The notes under the pieces are model-generated. The model was not told where the DNA came from, did not search any database, and saw only the letters and a list, made by a program, of their open reading frames with translations. A stretch of 64,000 bases of DNA, taken from positions 1,468,616 through 1,532,615 of the forward strand of contig MU004186.1 in the NCBI GenBank assembly GCA_010093605.1, in the 5' to 3' direction. Shown here piece after piece: positions 56,385-64,000 of the stretch. Both the position numbers and the translations under genes were made by a program. Source of the DNA: Lophium mytilinum. Its lineage: Eukaryota. Every line of letters starts with the position of its first letter. Positions within the stretch are counted from its first letter, which is position 1.

Positions 56385-57275
56385 CTACGAGTTCTTGACG
56401 ACTCCGACTTTAGCGGCCTGTAAAGAGTTAGAATGTTAGAATATGACGGAAGTGTTTTACAAGAACTTGCCCTCAAAACCCGTCCATTGAGCAAGAAGCC
56501 CTTCTGCTGCGTGTGAAACACGGTTCCATCCTCCTTATCCGGCTGGGGCGTCTGGAACACGGCCTCGTGGATATTGGGATCGAATTTCATCCCCTCAGTA
56601 CTCGGATCGAATCTTTCTAAGCCATGCTTCTTCAATGTGCTCATCAGGATGCTCTCCGTCATTTTCAATCCGTCGTGCAGCGTGACCAGGTCCTTGTTGT
56701 CTGCATTGAGCGACTCGGCGGGCACAGTAATGAGGGCGCGGTCGAGGTTGTCAACAGATTCGACGAGGTCCCGGGCAAAGCGCTGGAGAGCGAAGTCTTT
56801 GGCGGCTTGGACTTCGCGTTTCGTACGGTCTTGAAGGTTGCGGAAGTCGGCAACGCTGCGGAGGTATTTATCCTTCATAGAACGTCAGTAAAGGCTCCAA
56901 AAAATTAATGATATGATTCAGCATTTAAGGCGAGCCCATAGGCCGAGAGAAAATAGACAAAAAGGCAGGGTGTGTCTAGGATGAATTGGTGCAGCATACC
57001 TTCCAGTCCAAGATCTCTTTATCCTTCTTCTCTACCGTCGCCTTCAGCTCATCCGCCTCCGACGGCTTCATCTCTTTCGCAGCTTCGCCCTCTTTCACAT
57101 GTTCGCCTTCCTTTGCCGCCGGGGCATCAGAATACCATCTCGTGGCTACCCGCTGTGATGGTGTAGATATCACGCGAGCTGTCAACCCCGCGGGCCTCGC
57201 CGCTCGTAGCGGAGCAAATGATGACTGCGACCGCACTGCCGCACTCGTGCTCCGGAGAATATTTCGTTGAATCAT
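56385..57275 (-). CDS. MGE1: Mitochondrial GrpE nucleotide-exchange factor
   Basis: Presequence MIQRNILRST.., KDKYLRSVADFRNLQDRT, FA.DLVESVDNLDRAL, KFDPNIHEAVF, GFLLNGRVLR|AAKVGVVKNS*. The second intron is GC-AG (56470-56418). Confidence 0.96.
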
Positions 57276-57438
57276 GACGTTTGGTGCTGTGTATTGGGGG
57301 GATGGTGAAGAAGAGGCGGCGAGAGAAAAAATCGGGGTCGATGATGGTTGAAGGTGGTCCGTGAGCACCTCGGCGATGAGTTACGACTTTAAGTTGTACC
57401 CAACATAGCCAGACATCATCCGCACCCCAATTGCTTCA

Positions 57439-58683
57439 ATGGTTACAATGAAGACAGGCTCGGTGTGCCTGCGATGTCTACGAACTCAGAAATACAATAC
57501 TAAAACACTATCCCTCCGAGACACCACCTCCACCCGATCCTTCTCTGCCACATCTTTCCCCAAGATGCTACAGCGCTCTATAAACGCCTCCTACTACCGC
57601 GGCGGCACCTCGCGCGCCCTCATATTCCAACCCAAAGACCTCCCCGCCGACCAATCTTTATGGCCCTCCGTCTTCCTCCAGCTGATGGGCTCCCCAGACC
57701 CGTACGGGCGTCAGCTTGACGGCATGGGTGCCGGCATCTCCTCGCTCTCTAAAATATGCATTGTGGGGCCGAGCATACACAAAGACTGCAATGTCGACTA
57801 CACATTCGTAGGCATAGGCATTGAGAGAGATGAGGTGGACATGGCGGGGAACTGCGGGAATATGATTAGTGCCATTGGGCCGTATGCTGTCAATTCGGGG
57901 CTGTTTGAGGTGGGAAAGGAGGAGGAGGCCACGATACGGATCCACAATACCAATACCGGAGTCCTGATCCGCAGTACGTTCCCGGTTGTAGATGGCCAAG
58001 CAGTAGTGAAGGGTGACTACGCGATTGACGGCGTCTCGGGAACGGGGGCAAAAGTACAGCTGGATTTCTTAAGACCCGGCGGCGCGAAGACGGGGAAGTT
58101 GTTGCCGACTAAACAAGTAGTGCAGAAGATCAAGGGAGTTGAGGTTAGTCTTGTGGATGCTGCTAACCCCTGTGTATTTGTGAGAGCGGAGGATGTAGGG
58201 GTGCCAGGGACGATTCTGCCGACTGATTTCAATAAGATGTCAGAGAAGCTGGCGCTGCTAGATGAAATTCGGAGAGCTGGGGCGGTAGCTATGGGGCTCG
58301 TGAAGAGCGAAAGCGAAGTTCCGAGAACCATACCGAAGGTCGGTATTGTGTCGAGGGCGGCCACGCATAAGGTGTTGTCGGGGGAAACAATTGAGGAGAA
58401 CTCAGTCGATGTGGTCATCAGGTTCATCTCTGATGAGCAACCGCACCGTGCAAGTCCATTGACGGCGGCGCTCTGCACGGCTGTTGCTTCGAAGATCAAG
58501 GGGTCCATTGTTGAGCAATGCCTAGCATCGAAGCCAATTAATGCAGGCATGGTCACCATTGGGCATGCGAGTGGTCGGATACAGATTGATGCTACGATGG
58601 ATGAGGTAGGCGATGCCGAGTGCGCAACTGTTTTCAGGACTGCGAGGAGGATCTTTGATGGTAAGGTGTACTATAACGCTTGA
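57439..58683 (+). CDS. prpF: PrpF-family isomerase (methylaconitate/aconitate isomerase-like), probably mitochondrial
   Basis: YRGGTSRAL, MGSPDPYGRQLDGMGAGISSLSK, GNCGNM, IDGVSGTG, GAKTGKLLPT, VDAANP, RTARRIFDGKVY. Arg/Ser/Thr-rich N-terminal extension. Intronless. Confidence 0.92.
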   Translation: MVTMKTGSVCLRCLRTQKYNTKTLSLRDTTSTRSFSATSFPKMLQRSINASYYRGGTSRALIFQPKDLPADQSLWPSVFLQLMGSPDPYGRQLDGMGAGISSLSKICIVGPSIHKDCNVDYTFVGIGIERDEVDMAGNCGNMISAIGPYAVNSGLFEVGKEEEATIRIHNTNTGVLIRSTFPVVDGQAVVKGDYAIDGVSGTGAKVQLDFLRPGGAKTGKLLPTKQVVQKIKGVEVSLVDAANPCVFVRAEDVGVPGTILPTDFNKMSEKLALLDEIRRAGAVAMGLVKSESEVPRTIPKVGIVSRAATHKVLSGETIEENSVDVVIRFISDEQPHRASPLTAALCTAVASKIKGSIVEQCLASKPINAGMVTIGHASGRIQIDATMDEVGDAECATVFRTARRIFDGKVYYNA

Positions 58684-59420
58684 TCGTTCGACTCTGATGT
58701 CGTCTTTTCTTGTTAGTCATATCCTGTTTTGTTTTACTAGAGATACCCTTGTCACTCCCAACATGATACATCTATCCCAATTTAGACAAATTCCAGCATG
58801 CTTACACCGGCAGTGCGGGTAGAATGGAGGTACTATGTAGGTCTTATGCGTAGCACGTCGGTTGCCCCAGCTGGCATGTACCACAGGTCTCGATGGCGTC
58901 AACTACTGCATCTATCCGTCCAGTATCCCCCTTTAGATCCAACTAAGAACAAGATGTACCGCTGTGGGTGTATCAATTATCATTCTATTTTGAAGCTCGA
59001 ACATCCATAAAATACTCAACAACTTCCCAACATAAACGTAACGATCCACATTGAAACACCGCAAGAGTCTTCATATTTCCTGACAATACCTCTCTAGCTT
59101 CCAAGCTCGCGGATCAGGCCCGAGGGCGGCTCTGTGCATCAAACACACCTCATAGGCACTCACCCTCCGTTTGCAAATCCACAGCGATGGTAGCTGGCTT
59201 ACCTGTTTTCCACACCGCTTCGTCTCGCAGGAAATGAGGTCTTCGAACTCTCAGTGAACTTCCTATCATCCTCATCCCTCATTCGCAGTGTCTTGTCGTA
59301 CTGCATCGCTTCAAGACATACGCGTTTTAATATCGAAGTCAGAATCGAAGCCGAGTCTATTCCTAGGCGACCAGTATGCCCTCTCATCTACTTCCTCTCC
59401 CCGCCCTAACCATCTCAGTA

Positions 59421-59927
59421 ATGCCAGTCTCCTATCACACCACGTCGCCCACCACCTCCACAGCCACCCCCCTTTCCATCCCTTCTTACCTCTACCGCGT
59501 CGATTACCCAGGCTCCCGCACCCTACTTACCCCAAGCGGCTTCGTTGCCGCCAACACCACAATCACCATTTCCTCCACCATCGCTCTCCGCCACCACGCG
59601 TCCCTCCACTTCGATTGGCGCTCCCGCGCGTCCTCTCCTTTCATCTCCCTCTTTGCAGACCGCGCCCACGCGGTCAATTGGGCCCAAGCTATCAGTGTGC
59701 TGAGGGAGAATGTGGTGTGCTATGTGACGCAGATCAGCACGGCGGCGCTGGGGCCCGGACCTATCTTTCGCGCGGCAGATTTGCTGGGTGCTGCACCTGG
59801 CGGAGGGGGATGCGGCCAGCATGCGGGCGAGTATCTTGTGCTTTGGCAGATTCCGATTGAGGCGTGCGTCGGGGAGGTGGTTGTAAGGGCGGGAGAGGGT
59901 TCGGCGATGTCATGGGTTGTTGAATAA
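59421..59927 (+). CDS. Small protein with ADP-ribosyltransferase-like R-S-E motif arrangement (DUF7587-like)
   Basis: YLYRVDYPGS (R), HFDW....SPFISLF...HA.NWA (S), HAGEYLVLWQIP (E). 168 aa, intronless, no signal peptide. Confidence 0.7.
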   Translation: MPVSYHTTSPTTSTATPLSIPSYLYRVDYPGSRTLLTPSGFVAANTTITISSTIALRHHASLHFDWRSRASSPFISLFADRAHAVNWAQAISVLRENVVCYVTQISTAALGPGPIFRAADLLGAAPGGGGCGQHAGEYLVLWQIPIEACVGEVVVRAGEGSAMSWVVE

Positions 59928-61233
59928 GAGGAGGTGCATGAGGGTTATCAGATGGTGGTTGGTGGGTTCATGGTAAAGGCGAGGGCAAGAGCTTTGAGTG
60001 GGTTGGGATATGCTGGATGGATTCATATGTGACGATGGTCGGTCCAAGTGTGACTGAGACACCAAAGCTTTAAAAGGATGCAGCCTAAAGCTTCTTCTTC
60101 AGCTTGAGGCTGGACGTCGGAGCCTGCCTCCCTTGAGATAATTTGCTGCTTCTTTGGCCACGGACCTTTTATGAGTATCTCTTGCAGAGCTCTCAAGTTG
60201 TTAGGTATAACGCAAGTGTGAAATGACATCTGGATCGGTATCGTTCGTATGCTATCACAAGTCGTACTGGCCATGAAGGGAGGCATAACTCAGCAGTTCA
60301 AAGTTATGATCAATATGGATGACATTTCAAACTTTTGATCAGTGTGAGGATGACGAGTTCTGAGTAGATGTATCCGCACTGCGAAGGTTTAAAGCCTGGG
60401 ACTGGAGAGAGCGATGGCCAGGAACGGGGATATTCTATACACACATCATAGCGAGCTCGCTCAGATATACCGTCTGATGTCATAATAGACATACTTATGC
60501 ACTACGGCATACACTTTATCGGTAGATGCTCCGAGCGCGGGAGCCAGAATCGGGACTAACGTGAGAAGGGTCCATCCGGGATGTCAATCAACCCGGCATG
60601 GCTCCACTACCTAGGCCCTTCGTTTCGGAGGCGGGGAGACCTCCGAAGGAACGCAGCTGTGCAGCCGTTTGTGTTCATCCTTTCGCCACCCTTTTCTCTA
60701 TGCCATTCCACTGTCAGTATCTTTCACGACACTCGCGCTAGTTATCTGCAACAGCTTGCGTGAATGCAAGCTTATTTTCCGTTGCTACAGACTAAAACCT
60801 TGCACCATCCGCTTCTTCTCCCACATCATCAGATACCTTTCCTTTGAGTGTCACTACACCACCACGCCTAACAGTAGGCCAAACAAACGGTGCGGCAGCT
60901 TTTACGTCAAGAGAGCATCCGCCTCTATCGTCCGTCCATCGCGCCGCAATACTCAAGTCCAACCAGAACAGAGCACGTCTTGGGTATCTCCGCAATCATG
61001 AAGCTCAGTACGCCAGCCGTGCCGCTCCATGCTTTTCCTACCGCCGTCAGTCACTTCATTTGTCGTTCCTTGTTGCCTTTCCCTTCATTCGTTTTCCCGG
61101 CACTCAGCTTCTGCTGACCTGTCCCTCTACTCCTACCTCCAACGTTAGTACGTACCTGGGCACGCAGTAGCCCTTTAGCTTTCTTCAGTTATCTACCAAT
61201 CCGTCTAAGCGGAGTAACATGCGCATCGATCAC

Positions 61234-63748
61234 TCAGAACTTTCCGACAACGTCATCGTACAGCTTCTCGAGGAAGGTCCAGCTCCAGTCGGCGATGCCA
61301 TCGATCTGCTTTACGTCGCGCATCCAGTCGAGCAGCAGCATGACCGTCTGTTCGACCTCTCCTTGGTCGAGATAGTGCTCCATGATGTCGTGGAGACATT
61401 CGTTCACCGTCAGCATCCGGAGCACGAGGAGTACCCCGATGAAGTTTTGCGTCCACGCGAAAAGCACCGGCACAAGGCGCTTCCTGTTCTTACATGGCCA
61501 CATGGAAATCGGCCACAGCAATGCGCTTTTCAGACAGCGCGCCGCCATCTCCTTGTCTTCGTGAGTCATGGAGTTGGGGTGGTGCAACGCCTTGAAGACA
61601 AACGCCCGGTACACCATGAATTCGGCATAGTAGTACCGCGAGCGCAGCTGCGCCGTTATGATGTCGAGAATGTTGCCGCGCCACGACTCGGCTGATCCCT
61701 GATCAAACCTGAACAACACCTGCTGCGCACCGGGCACGCCTCTACTCCCGCTGTGGTTCGGATAGGCAAATCGATCGGCATCGTGCCATTGCAGCGCTAC
61801 CGGCAAGGCATGGCGCCAATCGTCAAGCTGGGTCTTGAGCTCGTTGATAATGTGCGTGGGGGGGCTACCCGTCTCATCTGAGGGTTCGTTGCGACTGTTA
61901 GTTGCTGGCAAACATCAGTATGGTGTTTCGGGTTGGGCTTGGACCAGGTACTGAAACACTGTGTTGCGGAGTTGACTCCGTCGACAGTACCGGCCCACGT
62001 ACATATGCAGCCTCAGGTCCACGCGCCAAGAAGTCGAAACACTTACCTCGCGATATGTCAGAATGAATCCGCGCAATCACCTTGCGCAGGTATTCAAGCG
62101 CTGTGAAATGCAGCAAGTTGTAGTGCATGTCGTCGCTGATGGCTGAGTCGCCATCCTCGGGCAGCGGGACCTCGCCTTGAAGATTGCAGAGCCCCGTTTG
62201 CGGAAGATCCAGGTCCAGGTGGAACCAACTACGTAAATGGTTCATCGCTATTCTAACATATTCAATGTGGAGAGCTACAGCCCGTACGTACTTTTCAATC
62301 AGATGGCACATCCAGTATACTCGTTTGACCGCAACGCCCTTGGAATTATTCCAGTCCACTTCTTCACTATACCACAGGTTAGGAAATTGAGTACAGCACT
62401 CGAAACAGCAATACAAACCATCGGATGATAACTTGGCAGGCAGCGGCAGCAGCAACGGTAGAGCGCCAAAAGTCCTAATATCGCAGGTGAGTACCATCCA
62501 ATTTGCAACAACATAGGCTGAATACTTACCAAATGCCGGGCGCATGCTTCGTAATAAAGCCTGATTTGCTCACAGTCAGCGGAATGTCATGGACGCAAGC
62601 TTCCACTGGGCGACATACGAGGCTAAAAGATGGCACTGGACGTTCTCCACGCTGCACTGTGTCATCAGAAACCCCATTCGCTTCCTCGCTTCATTGAAAA
62701 TCTCAAGCCCCGGTGGCTCTGCTGATGTTCCACCCCTGATGCCACTGTTGGGGCGCACAGGGAGTCCGTTCGCCCCCTCGTCTGCGACGACGCCAAGTGA
62801 CAGGACCAGTAAGACTAGAATGGAAACCAAGTTGTCTCCAAAACCATTCCGCACTGTAGGCGCGAGAAATCTTTCCTGAAACTCTTTACGGTCCAAGATT
62901 GGAAACAGTCTATTGAAGTTTGAAAAATATGACTCAGTGTATTTATTCATCACTTCGATGCTGAGGTCGGGGAAGCGCACGCCTTCTAGCATGCGCACGC
63001 TAGTCAGGGGCGTACGAGTTGGCAGCACGTCGGTGTGCTTGACCAAATCATGGCGCAGAATCCACGGTGTCCCGGAGTGGATGATGCTTTGGAGGTCCAA
63101 GCCAGCGACTCCTCTATCAGTCATGTGCTCAGCAATAGCTGGCCAGAGCAAGATTTTATGAGGAGCCGTCAGGATGTTATTTGCCACCGGATTCTGGGCG
63201 AAGGCCTGCGCGCTCTCGGGAGTGAAAGGAGATGTGACGTCATGCTTGATGGTACCCGACATGGAGAAGGGGCTGCTTGAATGCAGGGTGGACGACTGGG
63301 CGGCCGTGGAGGCTGAGGTCGGACTTCTCGGGACCCTGAATACAGGAGATCCAGGGACGACTTGGCGGCCGAGGATATCGATCTTGCTCTCAATTCGGGC
63401 TTGGCCCTCAAGGACGCGGGTGATGTTGTCACTGATGTTGACCATAGTCTTATCCTTTCTAACGACATTGTCAGTATTGCCTATCCAACGCGGCCTGCTG
63501 CCCGGCATCTGTCACCGCGGAGCGGTGTCAACTCACTTGGTGGGCTGAGGCTCCCGGTACTTGCACTCGACATTTAGGCGATGACATAAACTGCATTTCG
63601 GCCTCCTCTCATCACACTTGGACTTCCGATTCCGGCACGTCTCACACGCCTGAGCAGCAATAGACGCGCGCTCCCGTCGTTGGCCACCATCCCCAGGGCT
63701 CCCCACCGATTCCCGATGCGCTTCAGCGAGTCCAAACCCGCTTTCCAT
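61234..63748 (-). CDS. Zn2Cys6 transcription factor with fungal-specific TF domain
   Basis: ACETCRNRKSKCDERRPKCSLCHRLNVECKY, YFSNFNRLFPILD, PPGLEIFNEARKR, RVYWMCHLIE, QLDDWRHALP, QLRSRYYYA, KRLVPVLFAWTQN. Multiple introns. Confidence 0.93.
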
Positions 63749-64000
63749 GCTGGACGACTCTAAGTTCTAAGCTGCTTGCAACATGCAGTGGACGCTGCAA
63801 GACTTGACGGTGGTGAGAATTTGAGCTTGTTAGAGAGAGCTGGACGCTTCACAGACGGAATGCTGTGGACGAAAGCGAGGAACTGGAAGAGGGACAGTAC
63901 AGACCGAATGCTGCCGGCGGCGCGATGTGTAGTGAATGTGAATGCTAGATGATAGGCGGCGGGGTTGTGTGAGATTGGTCAACGGTGCGAGACAGACGCG

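Noticed and set aside
1..64000. Transposons, Starship captain, tRNA/rRNA, telomeric or CRISPR-like arrays, secondary-metabolite backbone genes
   Set aside because: No transposase, reverse transcriptase, tyrosine recombinase, PKS/NRPS motifs, cloverleaf or regularly spaced repeat arrays were seen; short RNA genes could be missed by eye.

Overview
Gene-dense eukaryotic DNA from a filamentous ascomycete (Pezizomycotina, probably Dothideomycetes; inferred from short GT-AG introns with CTRAC branch sites and the gene families present). I see about 30 protein genes and no rRNA, tRNA, CRISPR array or intact transposon. Conserved housekeeping genes are ies2, pex14/17, a DUF726 protein, sec17, a GatC/GatF subunit, calcipressin, rpb3, mge1 and a PrpF-family isomerase. 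Accessory genes include a GPI-anchored cupredoxin, two Zn2Cys6 transcription factors, a CBM48-like protein, a PTH11-like membrane protein, a secreted FAD oxidase and an SDR/bZIP pair. Small locally duplicated families sit between them: (i) three ~80-aa Cys-rich microprotein paralogs at 17.9-20.5 kb, two of which have promoter/5'UTR sequence far more conserved than their coding sequence, and all of which have a GAGTCA...TATA promoter layout; (ii) a tandem pair of CXC-like/Cys-rich proteins at 31-33.7 kb; (iii) a tandem array of four F-box-like genes at 42.8-48.9 kb with a shared 5'UTR intron, one copy frameshifted. An ADP-ribosyltransferase-like (R-S-E) orphan lies at 59.4 kb. The microprotein trio is the best candidate for an undescribed system. 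All family calls come from motif recognition by eye, not from database searches.
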